A DNA stretch of 64,000 bases from NCBI GenBank assembly GCA_964627305.1, contig CAZVHP010000003.1, forward strand, positions 64,927 through 128,926. Direction: 5' to 3'. Shown here piece by piece: positions 46,505-55,879 of the stretch. Source of the stretch: an uncultured Ignavibacteriales bacterium. Lineage in GTDB: Bacteria; Zixibacteria; MSB-5A5; GN15; FEB-12. The position numbers were made by a program, and so were the translations under genes. A model generated the notes under the pieces. It was not told the DNA's origin. It was given only the letters and a program-made list of their open reading frames with translations, and made no database searches. Numbering within the stretch: position 1 is the first letter of the stretch; every line of letters begins with the position of its first letter.

Positions 46505-47659
46505 ATGTCCAGCGAATTACTGTCAACGGTAGCTCTGGTTCGGGCGGAGAGCTACGAACGCGATCGGGTCGACCAGGCTGTCGCCGACGCTGTCGGGCGT
46601 CTCGGTGGCTGGGGGCGGTATGTCTGTCCGGGGATGACGGTTCTTCTCAAGCCGAATATGCTTTCGCCGCGTCATCCGGATCAGGCTGTTACCACACATC
46701 CGCAAGTGGTGGCGGCGGTCGCCCGTCAGGTGAGAGCCTGCGGAGCGCGCGTATTGGTGGGGGACTCACCCTCGGCGGTCAAATGGGATATCGAGCGGGT
46801 GTGGCGTGAGACAGGGCTTCGGCAGGCTTCCCGGGAGGAGGGGTTCGAGCTGGTGAATTTCGAGGCGGCGGGCAGCCGGGCGGTGGCGATCGACACGCGC
46901 GTGTTTCACATTGCCCGGCCGGTTCTGGAGGCAGACCTGGTGATCAATGTGCCGAAGCTGAAGACGCACACGCTGACTTTGCTTTCCGGTGCGCTGAAGA
47001 ACATGTATGGTTCGATCCCGGGGTTTCGGAAAGCCCTGTGGCATAAGGATGCGCCGCGGCCGAGGGACTTCTCGCAGGTGATTGTGGACGTTTTTTCGGC
47101 GGTGCAGCCGCAGTTGACGATCATGGATGCGGTGGTGGCTATGCAGGGGGATGGTCCCTCGGCAGGGCGGCCATACCGGCTGGGGCTGGTGCTGGCCTCG
47201 ACGGACGCGGTTGCGGTCGATACGGTGGCCTGCCGTTTGATCGGGTTGCGTCCGGAGAAGGTGCACATGATCCGTCTGGCTGCCGAGGCCGGTCTGGGGA
47301 TGGGGCACAGCGAGGCGATTGAGGTGGTGGGCGAGGCAGTCAGGCCGGTGCGGAAGGGGACATTCCGGCTGCCATCGAACGCGATCATGGAACTGCTGCC
47401 GCCGGTGCTTGTTAATCTGGCAGGGCCGTTGTTCTGGATGCGTCCGAAAGTGGACGCCGCTCGGTGCACCGGATGTCAGAAGTGCATTGAGGCGTGTCCG
47501 GTCGGTGCCCTGAGTGTCGATGGCGCCATGCCGCGCATCAATCATCATGTATGTGTCACCTGCTGGTGTTGCCACGAGATATGCCCGGAACAGGCGGTTG
47601 GGATTGAGAAGTCCTGGCTGGCGCGGCGGTTGACCGCAGACAGCCTCCGAGGCGTCTGA
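46505..47659 (+). CDS. DUF362 domain protein with C-terminal 2x[4Fe-4S] ferredoxin domain
   Basis: DUF362-like body and the Cys motifs CTGCQKCIEACP and CVTCWCCHEICP. Confidence 0.8.
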   Translation: MSSELLSTVALVRAESYERDRVDQAVADAVGRLGGWGRYVCPGMTVLLKPNMLSPRHPDQAVTTHPQVVAAVARQVRACGARVLVGDSPSAVKWDIERVWRETGLRQASREEGFELVNFEAAGSRAVAIDTRVFHIARPVLEADLVINVPKLKTHTLTLLSGALKNMYGSIPGFRKALWHKDAPRPRDFSQVIVDVFSAVQPQLTIMDAVVAMQGDGPSAGRPYRLGLVLASTDAVAVDTVACRLIGLRPEKVHMIRLAAEAGLGMGHSEAIEVVGEAVRPVRKGTFRLPSNAIMELLPPVLVNLAGPLFWMRPKVDAARCTGCQKCIEACPVGALSVDGAMPRINHHVCVTCWCCHEICPEQAVGIEKSWLARRLTADSLRGV

Positions 47660-47722
47660 GCCTTCGCGGCGCGGACTCTGGCGCAGTTTGTGCGCCGATG
47701 TCGGATAAGGTTAATATATTGC

Positions 47723-47752
47723 TTGACAACGTATAAGGTGTGATAGTATACT
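47723..47752 (+). promoter_or_regulatory. sigma-70-type promoter candidate
   Basis: TTGACA (47723-47728), an 18-nt spacer, then TATACT (47747-47752). It lies about 150 nt upstream of the small secreted-protein gene. Confidence 0.4.
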
Positions 47753-47899
47753 GTGAGTGGCAGAATATGCGCTTTACACACCATTGCTGTTCAATTGATA
47801 TTCGGCACTGTTTTTTCTGATGTATATAGCACCACGCCAGTGGTTTACAGCGACAGACAGATATATCACCATAAGTTTCTCTTTTAAGGAGGCAAGGCC

Positions 47900-48241
47900 A
47901 TGAAACGTTCGCGCTTGATAGCGTTGCTGTTGATGCTATCGTTGCTTTGTGCCTGCTTTGTCTCGGCCCCTGTATTGGCCGAACATCCCTGGGATGCTGA
48001 TGCCGGCGGTGGTTCTTCCAGCGGTATCGGTCAGACGATGGTTGATTCCTCGCAGCCTCCAGCCAATGGCGGTCCCGGGAATACCAATCAGTCGACCAGT
48101 GGTGAGGCTGATCCGCAAGTCAGTCTGCTGGGCTGGCTGTGGGAGCTGATGATGGAGTTTGGGCGCGGCCTGATTTGTGGCGGCGCATCGACCGGCAGCA
48201 GTACTGTTGCCACCGACGCCCCGGCCGGCTCGGGCAAGTAG
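47900..48241 (+). CDS. small secreted low-complexity protein
   Basis: AAGGAGG RBS and signal peptide MKRSRLIALLLMLSLLCACFVSAPVLA. Gly/Ser/Pro-rich middle and a hydrophobic WLWELMMEF segment. Confidence 0.55.
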   Translation: MKRSRLIALLLMLSLLCACFVSAPVLAEHPWDADAGGGSSSGIGQTMVDSSQPPANGGPGNTNQSTSGEADPQVSLLGWLWELMMEFGRGLICGGASTGSSTVATDAPAGSGK

Positions 48242-48286
48242 AAGGATCCTATCAGGTAAATCCGAAACACGGACGGGAACGATTTA

Positions 48287-51232
48287 ATGTCTCTCTCTTC
48301 ACAAAACTTAACGTTCGATAACCGTCTTCTTGCGATTGAGGAGGAGTTCCGTCAGCGCAAGTTCTCCGGCGCCCTGAAGGATCTGGAGGGTTTGGCCGAG
48401 AGTGAGTTCTCAGGGAATTCACACGAGGCCGGGCTGTACTTGCTGTTGACAGCGGAAGCATCGCTGCACGAGGGTCGCTACCGTGACGCGCTCGCCCGGG
48501 GTTTACAGGCGGCGCGGGTACTGGCCGACTTTCCGTTGAATCGGCGTTACGGCCGGGTGCAGTTGGTGCTGTCGAAGGCGTATTCCTCGATTGGTGATCT
48601 GAAGAACGCCGAGATTCGTGCTCGTGACGCCCTGGCGGCCTTTCGGCGGGCGGGTGAGAATGCGGGTCAGATCGACTCGTTCAATGAGCTGGCGCGCATT
48701 GCCTTTGTCAGGTGCGATTATCCTTCTGCGGCGGACTTCCTCGGTGAGGCCATCGGCATGGTGGTGGATAACCCGAGAAAGAAAGCGCAGTTGACGGGTA
48801 ACCTGGGGCGTATTCAGACATTCACGGGTGAGTGGAACAAGGCGCGGGAGAATCTTCAGGCGGCGCTTGTGTATGCACAGGAGAACAACCAGGACATATC
48901 CCGGGCGGTCAATATGTTGTCGCTCGGTTATCTGGAGATGCGAACCCGGCAGTTTGCCGAGGCGCACCGGCTGTACGAGCAGGCGCGGGAGATCATCGAC
49001 CGACTCAGTCTCAAGCGAGAGAAGGTTATCTATTTAGAGTACACCGGGGAGTTGGCCCTCGAGAAGGGCGATCTGTACCGGGCCAAGTCGATGTTGAGCG
49101 AAGCCTACAAGGAAGGTATGATGCTGGCCTCGTCCTCGGCGCTGGTGTCGCAGTCGGCTCGTCGGTTGGCCGAGGTCGAGTTGCTTCTGGACAATGTCGA
49201 GGAAGCCATGAAGTATGGCCAGAAGGCGCTTGATCTGTCTTTGCAACTGGGCGAGAAGGCGGAGATAGGCGTTTCACAGCGGGTGATTGCGCGGGTCTTT
49301 GTGGCGAAAGGGCACAGCGAGGAGGCGCTGGAGTACGCGGCCAGTGCGGTTGAGGTGCTCGGGCAGGTGGGCGATCCCTGTGAACTGGGCCAGGCGCTTC
49401 TGACGCAGGCGCAGATCAGCATGGAGTTGGGTGATTTTGATCACAATCGGGTTTCGGGTCTGTTTGACCGGGCGCGGCGGCTGTTCCGCAAGCTGGACCT
49501 GGAGTACTGGCAGGCCGAGATAGACTTCCGCAGCGGTGTGTTGTCGTGTCAGCATGGCGATTTGTCTACCGGCTTCAAGCGGCTGAGCAATGCCGAGCGC
49601 GTGTTTTCGCTGGTCAACGACAAGGTGAAGCTTCGTGCCGTCAGCAGCTTCCTGCGCACGCTGGCCGATCAGGCCGTGGCGCTTTCGGTCTCCGAGGAGA
49701 ACGGGTTCAAGATCTTCGGTAACCTGGTGACACCGGATGAATACTCGCGCCTGCGCTCGTCACGTATAGAGGATATTCTCGAGATCGTGCTTCGCAAGAC
49801 CGGTGGTGACCGGGCCGTGATCTACACCCCGGGCAATGCCGAGCACCGGCTGGCGTCCTCGGTGAACATGACCACCGATGATCAGCAGACGTTCGTGGAC
49901 GGTTTCAACAAGCTGCTGGGCGAGGAGTTCAATCGTGATCGACCCACGCTGACGCTTGATTGCCGCCGTGATCCGTTTATCAACGCTCTGTTCGACCATG
50001 ATCCCTCGATGGTGACCTCGGTGGTGGTGGTGCCGTTCAAGATGACCGATGGCGCGCAGTGTTACCTGTATGTCGACCGGCTGGCGCGGGATAACCGATT
50101 GAATCCGTTCAGTCAGGCGGAGTTGAATTTCGCGGTCGGGTTCAGCGATTTTGTCGCTTTCAAGTGGGCGGAGATCGAGAAGAACCGGCTTTTGGAGGAT
50201 AACCGTCGATTGACGCGTCAGTTGATGGAGAAGTCCGAGTTCCCGAATATCATCACGCAGAACAAGGCGATGCTGGACCTTCTGGTGCAGGTGCGCCAGG
50301 TGGTGAATTCCAATATATCGATCTCGATCACGGGCGAGACCGGTTCGGGCAAGGATCTCGTGGCGCAGGCGATTCATTACAACTCGACACGTCGTGATAA
50401 GCGGTTCGTGTCGGTCAACTGCGCGGCGCTGCCGGAGACGTTGCTGGAGAGCGAGTTGTTCGGCTATAAGCGGGGCGCTTTTACGGGGGCGGACCGTGAC
50501 AAGTCCGGGCTGTTCGAGGAGGCCGACGGCGGCACGTTTTTCCTTGATGAAATCGGTGATATGCCGCTTTCGATTCAGGCGAAGATTCTTCGGGTGCTCG
50601 AGGAGAAAGAGATTGTGCGTCTGGGCGAAACCCGGCCGCGCAAGGTGGATGTGCGGATCGTGTCGGCGACCAATCGTGACCTGAAGGAGCTGATGGAGGA
50701 GAAGTTGTTCCGTCAGGATTTGTATTACCGGTTGTCGGCGCTGACGTTCCGCCTGCCGCCGCTTCGCGAGCGGCGGGAGGATATCCCGCTTCTGGCAGCG
50801 CACTTTTTGAAAGAGAGTGGCAAGAGGGTGTCCGCGGAGGTGCTCCGGCGCCTGATGGAGTACGACTGGCCGGGCAATGTGCGCGAGCTTGACAACGAGA
50901 TCAGGAAGCTGGCGCTTTTGGCGGGCGAGTCCGAGGAGATCGGGCCGGAGTTGCTCTCGGGCAAGATGGCGACGGCTGCTCCTGGCGGTGGCGCCAATGG
51001 CGGCAATGGCTCGGTGCAGCCGGTGGTGGCGCCGGAGGTGGAGTTTGATGATGATTACTCGTTGTACGACTACCTGTCGGCGCACGAGAAGCACTTCATC
51101 CTTCGCGCGCTCAAGCGCAAGGGGGGTGTGAAGAAGCATGCGGCGGCGATGCTGAATATTCCGGAGTCGACGCTGCGGCTGAAGATCAAGCAGTACGGGA
51201 TTGATTTGAAGAATCTGGATGCGATTCATTGA
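48287..51232 (+). CDS. sigma-54-dependent transcriptional activator with N-terminal TPR-like array and GAF-like domain
   Basis: About 480 aa of TPR-like helical repeats and a GAF-like middle. AAA+ domain (GETGSGKD, GAFTGA, ESELFGY) and a C-terminal Fis HTH. Confidence 0.9.
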   Translation: MSLSSQNLTFDNRLLAIEEEFRQRKFSGALKDLEGLAESEFSGNSHEAGLYLLLTAEASLHEGRYRDALARGLQAARVLADFPLNRRYGRVQLVLSKAYSSIGDLKNAEIRARDALAAFRRAGENAGQIDSFNELARIAFVRCDYPSAADFLGEAIGMVVDNPRKKAQLTGNLGRIQTFTGEWNKARENLQAALVYAQENNQDISRAVNMLSLGYLEMRTRQFAEAHRLYEQAREIIDRLSLKREKVIYLEYTGELALEKGDLYRAKSMLSEAYKEGMMLASSSALVSQSARRLAEVELLLDNVEEAMKYGQKALDLSLQLGEKAEIGVSQRVIARVFVAKGHSEEALEYAASAVEVLGQVGDPCELGQALLTQAQISMELGDFDHNRVSGLFDRARRLFRKLDLEYWQAEIDFRSGVLSCQHGDLSTGFKRLSNAERVFSLVNDKVKLRAVSSFLRTLADQAVALSVSEENGFKIFGNLVTPDEYSRLRSSRIEDILEIVLRKTGGDRAVIYTPGNAEHRLASSVNMTTDDQQTFVDGFNKLLGEEFNRDRPTLTLDCRRDPFINALFDHDPSMVTSVVVVPFKMTDGAQCYLYVDRLARDNRLNPFSQAELNFAVGFSDFVAFKWAEIEKNRLLEDNRRLTRQLMEKSEFPNIITQNKAMLDLLVQVRQVVNSNISISITGETGSGKDLVAQAIHYNSTRRDKRFVSVNCAALPETLLESELFGYKRGAFTGADRDKSGLFEEADGGTFFLDEIGDMPLSIQAKILRVLEEKEIVRLGETRPRKVDVRIVSATNRDLKELMEEKLFRQDLYYRLSALTFRLPPLRERREDIPLLAAHFLKESGKRVSAEVLRRLMEYDWPGNVRELDNEIRKLALLAGESEEIGPELLSGKMATAAPGGGANGGNGSVQPVVAPEVEFDDDYSLYDYLSAHEKHFILRALKRKGGVKKHAAAMLNIPESTLRLKIKQYGIDLKNLDAIH

Positions 51233-51282
51233 TGGTTTGTAACGGTGCTCTCGTTTTGGGAGTGCCTTCGTGATAGATGCGC

Positions 51283-51320
51283 AAGCGGGCCTTCGGATGA
51301 GGGTCCGCTTGTGGTGTTTT
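51283..51320 (+). terminator. terminator candidate of the activator gene
   Basis: AAGCGGGCC ... GGTCCGCTT stem with one G-U pair, followed by GTGGTGTTTT. Confidence 0.5.
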
Positions 51321-51375
51321 AGGGGGGGGAAGTTCGTTTGCGGGAGGACGATCGGCCTGCCGCGCAGCGTGGTAA

Positions 51376-51480
51376 AGGGGCAGGCAGGACGCCTGCCGAG
51401 TAGGGGAAGGCAACCCACCCCGCCGGAGGCGGGATGGGGCACCCCATGCTGGGGCAGGCCGGGAGGCCTGCCGCCCACAG
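51376..51480. repeat. REP-like GC hairpin cluster (locus D)
   Basis: GGCAGGCAGGACGCCTGCC, CCCCGCCGGAGGCGGG and GGCAGGCCGGGAGGCCTGCC. The last is identical to the hairpin at 32081-32100. Confidence 0.7.
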
Positions 51481-51503
51481 CATGCGGAGTGTTGAGGATT
51501 GCG

Positions 51504-51875
51504 TCAGGACATAGCGGCGGCTTTTTCGCCGATGTGATTGTAGACCTTCTTGATTTCGTCCTTAGGGCTGAATTCGATGAAGGCGGTGTCTTCCTCGACC
51601 CGGACGGTATGGCCCGACGGCCAGTGGAAGGTTTCTCCGGCCTTGCAGGTTTCCTCGTTCCCGTCCTTGTAGCGCACATGAATGGCGCCCTTGAGCATGT
51701 AGCCCCAGTGCGGGCTCATGCACTTGTCATCGGGGAGACCTTCGAGGAGGGGGGTGGCATCGGTTCCGGCGTCGAGTTCGACGTATGCGATGGCCATATC
51801 GCCCCACTCGGAGGCGCGGAAGGTCGCACCCGGCAAGTCCAGGGCGATCGGCATGTTCTCTTTGAGTTGTTTCAT
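51504..51875 (-). CDS. cupin domain protein
   Basis: ATG 51875 has AAGGA 8 nt upstream, while the track starts at 51917. Cupin-like motifs PHWGYMLKGAIHV and GETFHWPSGH. Confidence 0.7.
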   Translation of the reverse strand: MKQLKENMPIALDLPGATFRASEWGDMAIAYVELDAGTDATPLLEGLPDDKCMSPHWGYMLKGAIHVRYKDGNEETCKAGETFHWPSGHTVRVEEDTAFIEFSPKDEIKKVYNHIGEKAAAMS

Positions 51876-52222
51876 GAGCAAATCCTTTGCTTCAGTTACT
51901 GATTGACGGTTTCGCATGAATCACAAGTTGGTTGCGATGCAATGCAGGTTTGTTCATTGGCCCCCGGGATTGAAGTGGTGCCCACTTGTGACACGTATGC
52001 CCTTCATCAGTTGCGCTACGGTATTGAAGCGAGTGTGTTTGAGGGGTAGATGGTTTAGTCTATCGGTTGTAGTTTGTGTCGTCGATCATGCAGTGCCAGC
52101 GGTTCGTGACTCTCTGCTGTCCCTGGGCCGGCGGCGGGGTTGATCCGCCGCCGGCTGTTGCCCCTCTACCATCACCAGACAACCCCCTTGAGCCCAAAGC
52201 CCCCTTTTGGGTTTCCGGCCCC

Positions 52223-53200
52223 CTATATTCGGAACATGCGCCGGCTGCTCGGGCCGCTCATGTGGCCGCCGTCGGAATCGCTCTCGCGTGGGAAGAAGGC
52301 GGCGTGGATGACGTCTTCATTATAGACCAGGGCCGAGCCGACGACGTGCGCGGAGGCGAAGCGCAGGTCGGTACCGTGGCCGACGGATTCATACTGCACG
52401 CCGTGAGCGGCGCGGGCCTGGCTGATGAATCGCAGGGCGGTGTTGATGGAGGCCGTGATCGGTTTTTCGTGGCCGGAGAGCAGGGCCTCCATGGCGTAGC
52501 TGGTAGTCAGTTTGGGGCGCAGGTGCTCAAAGGCCTCCGGGCGGGAGACGATGTCCATGCCTGCGGGGACGCCATCGATCAGTACCATCAGGCCGGTTTG
52601 ATTGTCGGCCGGGGGGAACGCTTTCAGGTAGTCCTCGAGGCCGCTTCGACGGGATTCATAGACATCGCGCATGGCCCGTGTTTCGGAGTGTGACCCGGCG
52701 CGACAGGCGAGGTCGTGCACCTCGCTCCAGATTTCTCCCTGGTCGGATTGGTAGCCCTTTTTGTTGGAGAGCGAGGCCGACACGGCGTCGATCTTGCTTC
52801 GGCGGGCGCGCGGATGCATGACGTAGCCGGAGTCTGTAAAGGTGGGCGAGGTGTAGGACCATCGGCCCTGCTCGGTGCAGCTTACCGGGATAATGGTGGT
52901 TGAGGCGGCCTTGAGCAGGATGGTGGTGTTGAGCACGCGGTTTTGTTTGGCGCCGGCGAGTTCTTCGCCATCGAGCAACAGCACCGGCAGGTCGGCGTGG
53001 TTTTCCACGCGCAGTTGCGGTACGGAACCGTGCTTGTCGATTTCGGTGACGTGCAGCGAGCCATCGGCGACCGCCTCAGACAGGGTCAGGTAGTAGGGGC
53101 CATCGGTCGGCCCGAACAGGGGCACGACGGCCATGTGCTCGAACTGGCTTATCTCGCCCAAGGAGACTCTCTTGAGAAACTCGGTAACAAGGCTATCCAC
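52223..53200 (-). CDS. DUF6569 (ARPP-1-like) family protein candidate
   Basis: GTG start with a GGGAGGG RBS. The N-terminal pattern MAVVPLF...YLTLSEAVADGSLHVTEIDKHGSVPQLRVENHADLPVLLLDGEELAGAKQNRVLNTTILL matches my recollection of DUF6569. This needs HMM confirmation. Confidence 0.5.
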   Translation of the reverse strand: MDSLVTEFLKRVSLGEISQFEHMAVVPLFGPTDGPYYLTLSEAVADGSLHVTEIDKHGSVPQLRVENHADLPVLLLDGEELAGAKQNRVLNTTILLKAASTTIIPVSCTEQGRWSYTSPTFTDSGYVMHPRARRSKIDAVSASLSNKKGYQSDQGEIWSEVHDLACRAGSHSETRAMRDVYESRRSGLEDYLKAFPPADNQTGLMVLIDGVPAGMDIVSRPEAFEHLRPKLTTSYAMEALLSGHEKPITASINTALRFISQARAAHGVQYESVGHGTDLRFASAHVVGSALVYNEDVIHAAFFPRESDSDGGHMSGPSSRRMFRI

Positions 53201-53284
53201 AGTTGTGTCCCTCCCGATTTCGTGGTCTGGTCTGGCGGGGCGACTGTTCTGGTGTTCGCCTGCGCCTGATTATCAATAACCTTG

Positions 53285-53309
53285 CTATCCGTCACCTGAT
53301 GACCGATAG
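53285..53309. promoter_or_regulatory. 25-bp nested palindrome in a divergent promoter region (operator candidate)
   Basis: CTATC-c-GTCA-cctga-TGAC-c-GATAG read directly. It lies between the divergent genes 52223-53200 (-) and 53395-54342 (+). Confidence 0.4.
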
Positions 53310-53394
53310 TGTGAGGAAAATCGAAAAAATGTGATAGCGATGTGACTTTTTTGCGGGGTGGTTGGAAGCCGCTCCGGGAAGCGGGGTGTGAGCG

Positions 53395-54342
53395 ATGCCG
53401 GAGGTCAAGCAGATAGAGCGAGTGATCAGGATTCTACAGCGGTTCTACGTTTGTCGGGAACTGACAGTGAGCGATTTGTATGAGTATTTCGATCGCCAGG
53501 TGCCGAAGCGGACGCTGCTTCGGGACCTGAATGAGATTTCGGCGGCGAACATCCCGATCCGGGATGAGCCGCATCGGGGGCGGGAGCGGATCTGGCGGGT
53601 GGACAAGAACTTTCTGAGGTTCATTCCCCAGACGATAGGTAACCAGGAGGTGCTGGCCTCGTTTTTTCTGGAGCGGCTGGCGGTGGTGGCGAAGGGGACG
53701 CGTCTGGAGCAGGACATTCGTTCGCTTCTGGACAAGGCCAAGCAGTTGATCGGTCCCAATGTGTTCGAGTCGACCGACGGGGGGGATTTTCCGCACGACA
53801 TGTTTGGGGCGACCTTCATGGGATATATCGATTACACGGACCATTCGGACAAGATCGATGCGCTGGTGAAGGCGACCTCGGAGTGCCGGACTTGCCGGTT
53901 CGTGTACAAGCGGGGGACGGGTGAGAAGGAATCGGAGTTTACGGCTGAACCGTATTTGTTGCTGTACCACAAGGGAGCCATGTATGCGGTGGTGTACGTA
54001 TCGGCGTACGACAACTACATCTTCTTGCCGGTGCAGCGCATTCGCTCCATCGCATATACCGGGGAGCGGTTTGTGCGCGATCCGCAATTCAGCCTGGAGA
54101 AGCTTCGCGAGGGGAGGTTTGGCATTTTCGGGGGGCCTGATCTGAAACCGGAGCGGGTGGTGCTGAAGTTTGGTGCTGACATAGCGGATGTGGTAGCCGA
54201 GCGGATGTGGCATCCCTCGCAGGTGTTGACGCGGAACGGGGACGGATCGCTGACGATGGAGCTGGAGACGGTGATATCGGATGAGTTGCGGGCGTGGGTG
54301 GGCAGTTGGCTGCACCGGGTGGAGGTGATCGAGGGGTTGTGA
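53395..54342 (+). CDS. WYL domain-containing transcriptional regulator (HTH-WYL-WCX)
   Basis: N-terminal HTH (IERVIRILQRF...LTVSDLYEYF). WYL-like core (EPYLLLYHKGAMYAVVY...FLPVQRIRSI). WCX-like C-terminus (VVLKFGADIADVVAERMWHPSQ...VEVIEG). Confidence 0.8.
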   Translation: MPEVKQIERVIRILQRFYVCRELTVSDLYEYFDRQVPKRTLLRDLNEISAANIPIRDEPHRGRERIWRVDKNFLRFIPQTIGNQEVLASFFLERLAVVAKGTRLEQDIRSLLDKAKQLIGPNVFESTDGGDFPHDMFGATFMGYIDYTDHSDKIDALVKATSECRTCRFVYKRGTGEKESEFTAEPYLLLYHKGAMYAVVYVSAYDNYIFLPVQRIRSIAYTGERFVRDPQFSLEKLREGRFGIFGGPDLKPERVVLKFGADIADVVAERMWHPSQVLTRNGDGSLTMELETVISDELRAWVGSWLHRVEVIEGL

Positions 54343-54349
54343 CCGGATG

Positions 54350-54853
54350 TCAGTTCAGGCGCATGAGCTGGAGGTTGAGGGTGGCGGCGTAGGTGACCCA
54401 GAGGACATAGGGAACGAAGAGCACGCCGGCGATGGTGTGGTGTCGCCAGAAGACAATCATGGTCAGGATGATCAGCAGCCACAGGGCGATGATGTCGATG
54501 AACGCCATGCCGATCATCCGGCGGCCGAAGAAGAGGTAAGACCAGAGGCCGTTGAGCAGCAACTGGCCGGCGAACAGCGCCATCGGGCGGGCGACCCGGC
54601 TCAGGCTGCGTTGGCGCCAGACGAGCCATGCGGCGACGGCCATGGCGGCGTACAGGACGGTCCAGACGGGACCGAAGACCCAGTTGGGAGGGGTCCACGA
54701 TGGTTTGGTGAGATTCTGGTACCAGTCGCCGGGCATGTATTGAGAGGACGCGCCGGCGACGGCGAAGGTGAGGGCGAGAGTGACGAGGAGTTTGAGGATG
54801 TGCGTGGTGCGGCTGTTGGTCTCGTTGCTGGTGGCGGTTGAGTCGGTGTGCAT
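54350..54853 (-). CDS. tspO: TspO/MBR family tryptophan-rich sensory protein
   Basis: WYQNLTKPSWTPPNWVFGPVWTVLYAAMAVAAW within a five-TM Trp-rich protein. Confidence 0.9.
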   Translation of the reverse strand: MHTDSTATSNETNSRTTHILKLLVTLALTFAVAGASSQYMPGDWYQNLTKPSWTPPNWVFGPVWTVLYAAMAVAAWLVWRQRSLSRVARPMALFAGQLLLNGLWSYLFFGRRMIGMAFIDIIALWLLIILTMIVFWRHHTIAGVLFVPYVLWVTYAATLNLQLMRLN

Positions 54854-54978
54854 ATATCAATTGTAACGACCGGTCAGCAGGGGTTGTTCCGCGCAGGGGT
54901 ATTGCCGGTCGGCGCGGTTCATTCGATTGGGTGCAGGGGGTATTTGCTCCGGGCGGTGTTTGGTCGTATTATGGGCTC

Positions 54979-55797
54979 ATGATAAAGGGCAGGTTCTTTG
55001 CGGATTTCGCCGGCGACCCGGACTGGAACATGGCGGTTGATGAGTGGCTGCTGGCGCAGGCTCTGGCGGGTTCCGGTGCAGACGGCAGTGCTGTCTGGCT
55101 GCGGCTGTATTCGTGGCGGCCGGGGGCGATAACGTTCGGGCGGAATCAGTGCGCGGAGACGGCTCTGGATTGGAGTAAAGTCGGCAAGACGCCGGTGATT
55201 CGTCGGGTGACGGGTGGCAGGGCATTGTACCACGACGAATCGGAGCTGACCTATGCGATAGCGGCTGATCTGGGGCGGCTTGAGGGGACGCCGCTGGGTG
55301 GTTCCATAGCCGAGACCGGGCGAGTGATCAGTGAGGCCCTGGTGGAGTTTCTGAAGCTGCGGGGGGTGGAGACGCAGTTTATGCGTCATTCGTCGCGTGA
55401 GAATGCCAGGCCGGGTTTCTTTCACAAGGCGCCGTGTTTTGCTTCGCATGCCCGGCACGAGATCAAGTCGGCGGTGGGCAAAGTGGTGGCCTCGGCGCAG
55501 CGTCGGGTGGGCCGGGCATTGTTTCAGCACGGTGCGATCAAGCTCTCGGGCGTTGTCCGGCATCCTGCACTGGGCGGAGTTGGTGAATGTGAAGAATTTG
55601 ATTGTCAGGCGGTTACATTGGCGATGGTGGAGTGTGATGGGGCACGATTGGTGTCGTCGTTCGCGCGGGTTCTGGGGATGGAGTTCGGTTGTGAGTCATT
55701 GGCATCTGAGGAGTCAGAGCAGGTCAGGCATCGTTGCGAGTTGGTGCGGAAAAATCGACTGAACCGTCGGGAAATACTAAACAGTATCAGCCAGTGA
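54979..55797 (+). CDS. lipoate-protein ligase / octanoyltransferase family (BPL_LplA_LipB) protein
   Basis: Internal ATG 54979. Motifs RRVTGGRALYHD and GKVVASAQRR. Confidence 0.8.
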   Translation: MIKGRFFADFAGDPDWNMAVDEWLLAQALAGSGADGSAVWLRLYSWRPGAITFGRNQCAETALDWSKVGKTPVIRRVTGGRALYHDESELTYAIAADLGRLEGTPLGGSIAETGRVISEALVEFLKLRGVETQFMRHSSRENARPGFFHKAPCFASHARHEIKSAVGKVVASAQRRVGRALFQHGAIKLSGVVRHPALGGVGECEEFDCQAVTLAMVECDGARLVSSFARVLGMEFGCESLASEESEQVRHRCELVRKNRLNRREILNSISQ

Positions 55798-55849
55798 GAA
55801 GTCTTAGGGTTAGCGCGGCCGAGGGAGCCGGATGCGGGCGAGAAATCGC

Positions 55850-55879
55850 TTGACTTGTCGGCAGGAGCGTGGCTATTAT
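55850..55879 (+). promoter_or_regulatory. sigma-70-type promoter candidate with ~245-nt leader
   Basis: TTGACT (55850-55855), an 18-nt spacer, then TATTAT (55874-55879), upstream of the TonB-dependent receptor gene. Confidence 0.4.
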
